This document shows positions 9,904 to 20,766 of a stretch of 64,000 nucleotides of DNA, piece by piece; positions within the stretch are counted from its first letter, which is position 1; every line of letters begins with the position of its first letter. The notes below the pieces were generated by a model, which saw only the letters and a list, made by a program, of their open reading frames with translations, was not told the origin of the DNA and searched no databases. The stretch spans positions 4,774,001-4,838,000 of the forward strand of contig CM119377.1 of the NCBI GenBank assembly GCA_051294905.1, written 5' to 3'. This stretch comes from Botryllus schlosseri (Eukaryota). The position numbers and the translations under genes are program-made.

Positions 9904-12900
9904 TCACAGCTCGAGACTGCTGTCGAACACACTAGAGGACGGGAAAAAATTGCCGAAATCTTCCTCCGAGTCGCTGCGACGCAGTCTCTGCGGCACTTCT
10001 TCGCGGTAGCTTGTCCTCGCGTGCAGCGCGGTCGATTTCGAGTCTAGCGCGCATGCGCAATTAGAATCAAACCCACGACTCAACCCGGGGGGAGCCCCAA
10101 CACACATAGCGTACGGGTCGCCGCGATCTTGAGTCCCAGTGTTCGGTGGTGCGATTTTTGGATCACGAACCATGTTGCCGACCGTTTTATCAACCGGTTG
10201 GGTTTTATTGTCGGATATTCGCAACATTTTTTTCAAATGATTCGACGCCTCCTCGTTAGGACTCCATTTTTGATTCACAGCTTCCGGGTACTGAATCCCG
10301 ACCCAATCGTTCATGCGCGGGGCGCAGGTTTCGGCGTTTAAAGGCGCGAGGCCCCCCGGCAGGCCCCCGAGCCAGGAGTTTTCGAAGGGTTTGAAAATGC
10401 CGGCGGTGCCGTTTATGATGGCGGGGCGCGCGTCGGTGGGCGCGTACGCGTAATCGCGCGGCGTCGCGAAGCGCGGGAATCCGTCTGGAAGGCTGTTTCC
10501 GGTCGGCGTGCCTTGGAAGAAAAAATCGAATACAGACGGCTTGCGACCACCCGTGCTGCAGAGATTTGTGTCGGACTGCGTGGCGATGTCTGGCTCGATT
10601 TTTCCGGAGTTGGAACGCTGGAAAAAATGAGATTTCTCTTATTAGAATAGGATCAAAATTATAGCTATACAGATAAATTTATCAAATTAGAAAAAAAATT
10701 ATGAATTAACAAAAAATTTCGATTTACAACGAAACGCAACAGAAATCGGTCCCAGTTCATAACAAATCGGGTTCCTTCTCGTAACTATGAGAGTGACAAT
10801 GTCTGTACTCCAGGGTTGCATTAAATAAAACGAATGGTGTTTTTTTGTAAGTTGTATAATTATGCCATAATTGTGTAAATACTTTCAAAAAACATGTTTT
10901 ATGAGCCTACGGAAGATTACCACCCGAAATAGCCGACGTATACGATATGGGATGGGTGGAACCGTTGAAATAGTCGGTTCAACTATAGATAACTAACCTA
11001 TGGATAGATACGCAACACCGTTCGTCACGCTTACTTGCCCGGAGGAAATTACTGCTCAGCAATCTGAACGCAACATAATTGCTAATCCCATTGCTGACGA
11101 CCCGAACGCTCAAATTAAGTAACATTGATCATATTTGAAAGCTAGTGTCGCGCTTATTCTGAAAATATACATTAAAATTTTATCAGGGCAATGGAACCCT
11201 TTCGAAATAGCCTATAAAGTCTGAAAATGGGCATTGTTCTAAACAATCGCAACCACGCAACGATCATCGTTATGGTCATTGTGCTACGTCGCGGCCATTG
11301 TTTAGAACGATGCCGATTTCAAGACTTTCAAGGCTATTTCGAGGGGGTTCCGTTGTCTTGATGAAATTTTAATGTATATTTTCAGAATCAGCGCGACAGT
11401 AGCTTTCAAATAAGATCAATTTTACTCAATTTGAGCGCTCGGATCGTCAGCTATGGGATTTGCAGTTATGTTGCGTTCAGATAGCTGAGCAGTAATTTCC
11501 TCCGGGCAAGCAAGCGTGACGACGGGTGTTGCGTATCTATCCGTAGGTTAGTTATCTATAGTTCAACAGGTATAGTCCGCAGATATCTCGTCAAAGAGGC
11601 TATATTTACCCTATATTTTCAATTGTCAATGTCAATCCACTATGCCGTCACAATTTTATATTCGTGACGTCATGGCTTTAAAAACAATAACATTGTAGGG
11701 CCAACACCAAGCTTAACTGGTTTCGCACTATACAGTTCTCCTGCTGCATTTTCAGGAAAACCCGAAATTATATTAGAATGAAAATACGAACACAAACACA
11801 TTTCACAAATTAGATAAAGAATTAGGTTACCGGCATTTCACTCTAATTACTGTATTAGACGACTAGCATTATCTAGTTGTTCCAGACCGCTCCTTACCTG
11901 CCCTTCTTCATGTTGTGACGCCGTTCCCAAAACGTCGAAATTACTGGATATTTTTAAATTTCTCGCGCTATTTCGCGGTTCTTCGTCTGACGCGTTGGAG
12001 AGGTTGCTCAAATCCAAGCGAGGCACCACAATTTCCGCATTTATATCGTCCCAGGCGATAGGACTCGGCGCGCTGTATATGTCATCCCCAGCGTCGGTTG
12101 TTAGGTCACTTCCAGCGGTGCGATCTGTCGCGATTGTGCAGTTACGTTCTATTCCCGTCTGTAGTAAATTCAATAGATTACAGCCCTTGTTATTCTCCAT
12201 CTCGTAGTTTGCCGGACAAGGACTGACTCCATGAGCTGAGTCTTGTACAGTACTGATGTCCGTACTATCCGTGGGAAGTTGAGGTGCATTCGCACCCGCT
12301 GGATGTAACCCTGTTTCTTGAAAAGTATTTCGCTCCTTTTCCAGCGCGCATTTGCGAAGTTCGGACTCTTCAGGGACCACATTTTTGGATAGTTTAGGCA
12401 CCATCGCACCCGTTGGTTGCAACCCTGATTCTTGAAAACTATTTCCTTGATCCTTGAAAATTTTTGCCTTTTCCAGCTCGAATTCGCTAAACCCTGATCC
12501 TACGCGGATAAAGTAATCTGATTCATTACACTGCTCCCTTCTCGCACATTCGTAACCCTCGTTTTGCATGGCAAAATCATCTCTATCCTTCTTTCGAGCT
12601 GACACCTTCGACATCGTAGTTGCCTTACGTTTACCCGGGTTCTGCACTAACTTCTCTTCAAACGGCTTTGCCTTTTTCTTTTTCTCGCACTCTCGAGGTA
12701 TTTCGCGCTTTTGGGTCTTCCCTGAGTCTGTTTGGTACGGCTTCGCAGTCTTGGGCGGCGTTTTCTTTGACGTATACGTCTGGGTGTGGATTACTTCTGA
12801 CGACTGTTTGGTGTCTTGTGAAGTTTTGGTTTTCGTGGGGTATTTGTCGACTGTTTTAACGTTTTTAGAGCTGCTTTTCGGATGAATGAAGGATCCGGCT

Positions 12901-15404
12901 TGGCTAATAACTTCCGGCCGTTTGGATTCGGCCTGAATTCTACCGGGTTTGATATTCGCGACATCGCTCGGACATGCGACTTTCTTTTTACCGGGGATTT
13001 CTAGAAGATAATCCTGCTTTTTACCAACTAAACTGGGCCTCGGCTCGGCTAACGCCTTTGCGTACGATTTGGAAATGTTTATGATGCTGGTACGAGATTC
13101 GAATTGCACGAATTTGGAAGGTTTGTGTGAGTGATTTTTTTCTACGTCCTGCGGCTTTTTTGTTACCTTTGCCGCTGTTTTAACGTTTGGCTTTCCGGAA
13201 GCAGTATTAGCACCGACCTCTGCGTTATTCAAATGATGGGTGGATGATGTATTTTGATTATTGTGTGACGCTTCTTGCTTTTGCGAGAGCCTGTCCAGCT
13301 CCTCCAATTCTCGCTGCAATTGCTTGGCGAATTCCATGTCGGCGCATACCTGACACAGTGGCACCGAACTTTGCTTGGCGCAGTCCATGCCGCACCCGAG
13401 ACTTGGATTGGGCGATTCGATGGAATCGCTGATGCCTTCAAACTCGAATGAGATCCGGGGTTGAAGATTTTGGTGGTTGCGATCATGCCTCGGGATTTGA
13501 TCACGGCTCTCGTTGCTTTCTGAGTTGATTCCTTTCCTCTTTTCACTCGGATCTCTTTCGGAATCCTGTAATAGCCAAAGATGTTTGGTTAATATAGAGT
13601 CACCAATCACCATACGTCCCCCTTTTGGGGAGATTTCTCCTCCTTTTCCAGGTTTTTGGAAATGTCCGCGGAGAACGCCTAAATGTCCTCCTTTTTGGCA
13701 ATTCGTCCTCCTTTACAGCTTTTAGGGCTGATAGATGGACAGATTCGAGTGAAAATGGGCATAAATGACGCTATTAGGAAACTCGTGGTTCGAACGGAAG
13801 CGATGACCTCTAAAGTAAAAAGAGATGACCTTTTTTAGTTAACCAACCACAATGTCGGGAAAAAATTACCATTTTCCGGATTTTAGTCCATTATTGTAAG
13901 TCTGAAAATTTTGAAAAAGTGTCGCTTCCTTTCCCGATTCCAAAATATGGTAACCCTAGTTAATATAAAGTGAAGTATTGTTGCTATTGACAACGTACTG
14001 TGTAACGCATAATCTGCAACTTTCACTTGAGCACCAACGTGACTATACTTCGACCAGGTCGTCTGCGTATAAGGTATGTGAAGCCGATGGATTTTTACGA
14101 GCATAGCAAGGAACTACCAGTACCAGGTAAAAACTTCAGTTAGGAATGACGTCACTAATACGACGACAATGTCCGAAATCTAAGTCCAATAATTACAAAC
14201 ATAAAGGTTATCACCGTATGTTAGCACGCTCAAACACGAGACTATCATGGAGATCCAGAGAGCATATTTTTGACAATTTATTGTAAATATTGTATGTATT
14301 TGTTTATTCTTATGTTTTCAGCAGGTAACTCTGCCAACGTGATCTAAAAGTGTCGGATTTTGAATCTCTATTATCAAAATAGGCTTCTCAAAAGAGTAGA
14401 AACACACATACAGCTCCGATAATTTTCGATTGCTCCCTGAAATGTATGTATATAATATATATGTAATTACATATGAGATACCTCTTTCTGAGGTTGTTTT
14501 TCAAGCTTTGGATTCACTTTTGTCATGACGCTTTCAGCATATTTCCAACAGGTTTCTTCGTCCACGATATCACGAGGATATCTAGCGTAATACCTCGCCA
14601 GATTTGTGACTGAAACGTTCTTCTTCAAGCAACTTTCGGAGGACAGGCGATCAATTTCAAGCTCTACCCATTCTTCGACAAAATCCCATAGAATTCCGAG
14701 CTTATAATGAAAAGGACAAGACTAGACATTAGACAATGTGCATTAGAGATTGACTGCTCCAGCGTATACTTTTTTCGTGTGGAGGTCTGCAAGCTTCTTA
14801 CGTCTTCTTTCGCATCTTAGTCGAAGAACAGTCTCCTGCCTGCTGTCTTCGATTTTGAGTTGAGTTTTACTGTCGTCGCAGTCTAAGGAAACGATATTTG
14901 AATAAGTTATGAACCTAAAAAGATATCGTGCAATAATCGTAAAAAATATTATGTACTGGATCAGGAGTGATCATCGTAAGTATCGAATTGCTCATTGAGT
15001 AAAAAACGATACGCAATTCCATTTGGTCTGTTGCTTCACTGCAAGGTACCGGCTATTTAGTATCCACAGCTTGATAGGGTAGGTAGGCTAAGGATATTTT
15101 TCATTCCTACAGAATACCATCTTCCTCATCTAGCGGATCAAGTTGAAGGTCGGGGTATAAATGATCGTGCTTTCTTAATAATAATGTTCATCACAATATA
15201 GAAAAAAATGTAGTTATAGAATATGGTTCCTGCACCCGCGTTCGAGTTGGAGGTTTGATATTCGGACGATGCTTTTTGACTCAATAACTTTTGAAGCGCC
15301 GCCTCTTCGCCCTTTATGATCACCTTCAGTTTCTCCTCTTGTTTCCGAATAGGCTCTAGTTTCCAACGAAATTTCAGATCGTCACAGGACAAATGGGTTT
15401 CCAT
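9904..15404 (-). CDS. Uncharacterised protein of ~950 aa: helical N-terminus, MIU-like motif, long Ser/Lys/Pro-rich low-complexity region
   Basis: Exons (-) from ATG 15404 (first donor uncertain), ~15173-15118, 14882-14770, 14700-14482, 13565-11898 (1668 nt, open), 10617-9904. Phases match and splice sites are canonical (TTCCTTAG, TATTACAG, CAG|GTAAGG, TTTTTCCAG). Contains DMEFAKQLQRELEE. Confidence 0.72.
10812..11705 (+). mobile_element. Family C MITE copy interrupted by a foldback element
   Basis: Begins CAGGGTTGCATT. 10850-10982 and 11567-11700 align to 3100-3375 of the first copy. Confidence 0.75.
10983..11561. mobile_element. Foldback MITE with ~270-bp inverted arms and 5-bp TSD TTCAA
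   Basis: CTATAGATAACTAACC...GGTTAGTTATCTATAG, with arms complementary almost to the centre. TTCAA at 10978-10982 and 11562-11566. The homologous site in the family C copy near 3230 lacks the insert. Confidence 0.88.
13595..13958 (+). mobile_element. hAT Blackjack-like MITE
   Basis: Termini TAGAGTCACCA / TGGTAACCCTA. GTTAATAT flanks both sides (13588-13595, overlapping the first base, and 13959-13966). Subterminal GTCCTCCTTTT repeats. Confidence 0.8.
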
Positions 15405-15770
15405 CACAAACCCATAAGACAAATTTCTATATTTTCTGGTTGACAACTTCAATTCAAATCAACTCGAGTGACCTCACAATCGGTATACCGTATGATGTCA
15501 CAGAGAAATGAGTATCTCGGAGATATTGCTGTGGTCATGGAAAACTGAAGCAGGTTAAATCTAATTGCAGCGATGCAGAACGAGTTATCGTATTGTTGGT
15601 TTTGCTAAACGGGTTTCCCCGTTTGCGGAAATTTCGTCGCGACCGCCCAGCCGGAAGGACACGTAATTTGAGTTCTCATGCTATATATAAGTTACAATGT
15701 ACGGTTGATATAATATTTTCTTTGTACTGCATAGAGTTTATAACTAGGTCGCTCATTGTAAACACTGAAC
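15405..15770. promoter_or_regulatory. Probable bidirectional promoter between the uncharacterised gene and MESD
   Basis: Divergent ATGs at 15404 (-) and 15771 (+) are only 366 bp apart. CpG-containing segment with CGACCGCCCAGCC. Confidence 0.55.
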
Positions 15771-18700
15771 ATGAAAGTAGTTACATTATTCGTGCTGATG
15801 TTGGTTACGGTCGCGGTCGCAGAGAAGGATAACAAGAAGCCTAAAAAGAAGAAAGATCCAAGGGACTATACTGACGCTGACATTTACAAATTAGAAGAAG
15901 AATGGACGGTACATTTTCTTTTCTGGGCTTATCTTATCTTACCTACACTGTATTTCATACATATTCAGCAAATTCTATCAAGATCATATATTGCAGCAGA
16001 CAATACGCTCAGGTTGCCCAATTTATTCCACTCGAAGCTTTTTGACTGACTCTCATCAGGAGCAAACGTCAGTAAATGTGGTTAATCAAATTCGAAATAT
16101 AGAAAGAATGTATGATATATCACTTTATAACGTTATATTGAAACTATCATATAGGCCTACTCTACTCTGGTTGCGGTGAACTTGAACATCGGCTTAATCA
16201 TGTCACTAGTATACCATTCAATGGTCAATACCGATCAAGCGTTGTGTTGTATTGTTCGCACATTATTTTTTGGCTCCTTGGTTGGTCTTTCTCATCATCT
16301 GAATCGCACGCACTATTATGCAAACACGACCTGCACACGGTCACCGGACCACATAGGGTGCGCTAGCCACTGTCCATTAGAAGTTATTAGAATGCCGGTA
16401 TTAACAGCGTAATGACATAGATCTAAATCTTTTTTCATGGGAAAGTATTTTGACATGTACATTCCTCTCATTCAGGAAGATGGAGATATCGATGAAGGAG
16501 ATCTTCCAGAACATCAGAGAAAAGCAGAGCCAATCGACTTCAGTAAGGTAGCTATCAGACATGATTTGTTCAACTTTCTCTTTGTATGATATTAGATTTT
16601 CCCCAGACTTTCAAATAGTTCAAATGTTGTAATCTACATGTTATGTGCTTTTCTTGAAATTGGTTCCACCGCCACAATTAGAAATTGCGAAATCCGTATT
16701 AACAAGTTACGGTTATCGATTATCATAACGATGCAATACCTTATTGATCTTTCAACATTGTTTATTTTGGTATTTTTCATACTTTGGTTCCATTAATATG
16801 TACTTTCAGTGATATGCTGCACTCCGTAAGATATAACTGGTCCACAGTTGGACACCCGTTGATGCCAGGGAATATTTTTCACTCACAATGCTTGTGCATG
16901 ATTTATTTTGGTATATTTCATACTCTTCATGCCATTGATGGTTCACTTGGTTCAGTGATATGCTGCACTTTGTAAAATATTACTGGGTTGGACACTCATT
17001 AATGCCAGATAATATTTTCCTCGCATTGTGCTTACAAGTACCACAATAACAGACATGTTTTGGCATACAATTTAATGTTTGAAATGCTGTTAAATAAATG
17101 TCACATTCTTTTTTGCTATATAGATTGATACAAGCGATCCTGAAGGTGTAATAAAGATGACGAAACGACACAAAACGTTAATGATGTTCGCAACTGTCTC
17201 TGGTGACCCATCCGAAGAGGAGACGGATGAAATCACTGCTCTGTGGCAAAGCTCCTTATACAATGCAAATATAGAAATTACAAGGTAACAGGAATTTTTG
17301 CATTTGCATGCGACTAGCTGAATACAGTGATACAAATTTTTATACTTGCTCAAAACGATGTTGATATATATTTTCAGGTTCGTAATAAGCGCGAACCGTA
17401 TCTTGATAAAACTTGTCGATGGCTCATATGCGTACGAGATAAAAGACTTTTTGGTGGAACAAGACCGATGTGAATCAGTTACCATTGAAGGACAAACATA
17501 CCATGGGAAAGCGTGAGTGTGACCTGTACCTATTATACAGCAAATTTTATGACTTTGCTCTGTACATATTCAACTACATGTCAAACCATAGTTGGTCAAC
17601 ATAACATGTATCGTTATTAAGACTGAGCTTTTGGTGTCAATCTAGGGTTGTAAAATACAGAAAAAATTGAACTAACACTCCAAGCTTAGGAGGCAGTAAT
17701 TGATTTCCTATGTCTAAAAATTTTGGATCAAAATCATAAATTTGGCAATTTTTTTTCGCTCGACCTCAAAAAATGACATGTTTTACATGGTAATGACTAC
17801 CGTATATTTGAAGTCTGGAGTCTTAAGGCTTTGAAGAAGGCAGGGATATATAGAACTGAATGCGCGAATCTGGACCCACTTAGGTAATACCGCGATGACG
17901 CAATTGACGCAGTCAGCCATCCCGGAGTTCTATGTATCCCTGGAAGAAGGATATCAGACAGCAGTGGTCGGATTTTGTTGTCAGTGATTCATAGTCCTAT
18001 AATCTTAGAGCACTCTAAGCAGCAACAAATGTGTAGAAAGAATCCATTATAATACCAAGCCAAAACAAGAAATATTGAAAAACAATTTAGTATTTTCCAC
18101 AAGATGGTGTCCAAGATCTGTCATGGTTACTACTTGCTACAAACTGGCAGAGATGAGCGGATTTGAAATTTCTATGTCCTAATCCAATCCAAATCCGAAC
18201 CTTCAAATCCAAATCCTAATCCATAACTTTTTCATATTCAAGTCCATGTCCAATCCTAATCCGATTCCAACTGGAAATTCAGAAAAAATACTAATTTATG
18301 CAATGGAGGGATTCGAAAATTTTCTGTTACAACCAACGATTCACTTGATTCAAGATAACCTAGTAACCATAAGTACATTAATAACTGATTTGAATAAAGC
18401 TTGTCGCCATTCGCCACACGACATTTCAATCTCCCAGAAAATAGATAAATCCAATCCAAATCCTAATCCGTTCTGAAAAAATGTCTAATCCAAATCCAAT
18501 CCAAATCCGACAAAATTTCACAAATCCCGTTTTTTCAAAACCTAATCCTAATCCATGCTCATCTCTGCAAACTGGCTCAATTCGCTGTTCATTGCCTTTG
18601 GTGGCCATAGAAGTCACAGTATTTGCAAATCTCAAATCGTCGCAGTGGAATCAAAGTGACTTATGTCCCGTTTTCAAATTTTGAAGGTCCATTTTTAAAA

Positions 18701-20164
18701 CTTGACAGAAATCAAGTTTTTGAAGATATTTCAAGTTTTTTCGGCCACATCTTGGTCATGGTTATGTCTGTCTCATTATTTCAAAGTTAATCAGGGCCAA
18801 TATATGGCTGAAAGAAGATGAGACCTTGACGTAAAGTCAATTATCTCAAAATGTGTAAAATGGACATAAGTCACTTTAATTCCACTGCGACGAAATGATC
18901 CTGTAAAATATGATTGGTATGCAAAAATGTGGAGTTTTATAAGATTAGCTATAGGCCTTTCCTGGCATTAAGAGAGAAAATTAGCAGATTGAATATTTTC
19001 AAATCCAAATCCTATTCAAGAATAAAGCATCTAATCAAAGTCCAAATCTTTTGATTACATAGGGTTACGATCAGGGTTGTAACCGAGTCACAAGTCAATC
19101 TCACTTGAATAGTTTTGACTCAAGTCAAGTCGAGTCATTTTCAATTCACCACTGAGGTAAGTCCGAGTCCAAGTCACGCCGTAGAGTGTCAAGTCCGAGT
19201 CATAGTGTTTTGACTCGAGTCCAAGACATTATATTGACTGTTCAGTTCTGAGATAAAGTCATGTGAAACCAACTTTTTACAACTCTGATATCGGTGATAT
19301 CGATAGTTTCGCATTCATAATATAATGAATTTCCTCACTTTTAACAGTTTCTGGTAGCATTTTGAAGTACCAGAACTCAAAGACGAAATAATAATACTGT
19401 GATAACTTTACTATTCTTCGAAATTACAATGAAATGGCTGTGTTGGTAGACCAAGTCATGCGCAATGACTTGAGTACAAGTCATTTTTCATTTTTAAGAA
19501 AATGACTCGAGTCACCTAAAAATCGCGACCCGGGTCGAGTCATGACTCGAGTTATTATAACCCTGGCTACCATACGTCCTTTTCTAGGATTTGTCCTCTT
19601 TTTTCACTGAATTAAAAGTGTCCTCGGAGGACGTCTATATGCTCTTTTTTGGGAATTTGCCCTCTTTTTATAGAAAAACTATTAAAATTAGATCCAAAAC
19701 CTAACACCGACACACCGAACGTCAGAGTTTCATAGCGATGATTTTTTTTTAGTCAGCACCACTTTTGGTCCAAAAATTTTCAAAATACCCGGTTTTCTTT
19801 TCCTCGCGCCGCAGCTTTCAGAAATTTTGAAAAGTGTCCTTATTTTCGGATTTCAAAATAAGGGAACCCTAGATTACATCAATGCAATGAAAGCCTCGTG
19901 GAAATTGAAAATTATTAGAAATGTCATGTCCTGAATTCGTTTTATAAAATCATCAATCCCAAATCTTCAATTCCAAATTCAAGCGACATGTGCTAACCAA
20001 ATAACTCTGGAACATCGAAGATGCTTAAAGTGATGTGCATATTTTGTAGGTCGCCGGAGTATAAAAAGGAAAGTAAAGACAGCAAGAAGAGTAAAGATCA
20101 AAAGAAATCGAAGAAATCATCGGGAAAAAAGAAAAACGCAAAGAAGAACAAGGATGAATTGTAA
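15771..20164 (+). CDS. MESD: LRP chaperone MESD (ER-resident)
   Basis: Exons 15771-15908, 16476-16547, 17124-17284, 17378-17512, 20050-20164. Signal peptide, KKKDPRDYTDAD..LEEEW, GDLPEH, KTLMMFATVSG, LWQSSLYN, DGSYAYEIKDFLVEQDRC, and C-terminal KDEL. Confidence 0.96.
16806..17035. repeat. Diverged local duplication in MESD intron 2
   Basis: TCAGTGATATGCTGCACT...GTTGGACAC...ATGCCAG at 16806 and 16952. Confidence 0.7.
17841..17942. mobile_element. 102-bp micro-MITE (hAT-type)
   Basis: TIR CAGGGATATATAGAACT / AGTTCTATGTATCCCTG (16/17). Perfect 8-bp TSD GAAGAAGG (17833-17840, 17943-17950). Confidence 0.9.
18148..18567 (+). mobile_element. hAT-type MITE family B
   Basis: Perfect TIR CAGAGATGAGC / GCTCATCTCTG. 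Perfect 8-bp TSD CAAACTGG. AATCC(T/A)AATCC subterminal repeats. Confidence 0.92.
18638..18892. mobile_element. MITE with ~31-bp TIRs and 4-bp TSD AAAT (Sola1-like by TSD)
   Basis: CGTCGCAGTGGAATCAAAGTGACTTATGTCC / GGACATAAGTCACTTTAATTCCACTGCGACG. AAAT at 18634-18637 and 18893-18896. Confidence 0.75.
19060..19871 (+). mobile_element. Blackjack-like hAT MITE split by a nested family A element
   Basis: Removing 19072-19565 plus one TSD restores TAGGGTTAC(C/G)ATACGTCC. Right end GGAACCCTA. GATTACA(T) on both flanks. Confidence 0.8.
19072..19565 (-). mobile_element. hAT-like MITE family A, nested
   Basis: TIR CAGGGTTGTAA / TTATAACCCTG. TSD GTTACGAT / GCTACCAT (6/8). Opposite orientation to 9233-9709. 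Confidence 0.85.
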
Positions 20165-20324
20165 AATCTCCGTGCCACACGCAGCCGGCGTACAATCTTG
20201 CAATCATTTTTCTCTGAATTTTGATACTAACCATGTCCAACAAGAATTATTTATCAAACTTTGGTGTTACGTTTGATGCAAAACTGATTGTGTTGCGCAT
20301 GCGCTATACACTATACAGGCCTAT

Positions 20325-20696
20325 GTCTTGTCTGCAATCATTCTGATCTTGAGATATCCTACATTTGTTGAATCAGATAATTGGTTGTGTTGTTCGTACT
20401 ATTCTGCCTTCTCGTATGATTGCATCCAAGATTATTGTTGAAACACATTTTGATACTATGAGGAAACGTTTATTGCTTTGTTCGAGATTTGTCTACGAAG
20501 GGTTGATACATGTGATAGAAACTGTTCCTATTATTTGTGGTGTATCTACTATGCCAGTCCAGGTCTTGTCTGCAATGCAAGCCTTCCAATTCTTGGATAT
20601 CCCAGATCCATTAAATCATATTTGGCTGTGATCTCAGGTACTATTCTATTTCTCATGCCATTGAAGCTTACCGTCGAAACACATTTTGATACTATG
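20325..20696. repeat. Diverged ~135-bp duplication in the MESD/MITD1 3' region
   Basis: GTCTTGTCTGCAAT...GAAACACATTTTGATACTATG at 20325-20460 and 20563-20696. Confidence 0.7.
20469..20474 (-). terminator. Candidate MITD1 polyadenylation signal
   Basis: TTTATT on + (AATAAA on -), about 300 nt past the MITD1 stop. Confidence 0.35.
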
Positions 20697-20748
20697 ACAT
20701 GACATATTGAATACTCCTATCAAATTGAATTGTGCATCGATGAACTGC

Positions 20749-20754
20749 AATAAA
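20749..20754 (+). terminator. Candidate MESD polyadenylation signal AATAAA
   Basis: First canonical AATAAA after the MESD stop. An ATTAAA variant is at 20610. Confidence 0.4.
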
Positions 20755-20766
20755 AATTATATTCGT

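Noticed and set aside
11847-13613. 588-aa single-exon ORF as a standalone gene
   Set aside because: Its start lies in a MITE terminus and it is bounded by a strong acceptor (13566) and donor (11897). It is an internal exon of the 9904-15404 gene.
14311-14330. Plus-strand 3-nt microexon (TTTTCAG-CAG-GTAACT)
   Set aside because: No plus-strand gene spans this position; it is antisense within an intron. Likely chance without transcript data.
15480-15770. ERSE/UPRE elements upstream of MESD
   Set aside because: No CCAAT-N9-CCACG or TGACGTGG match was found.
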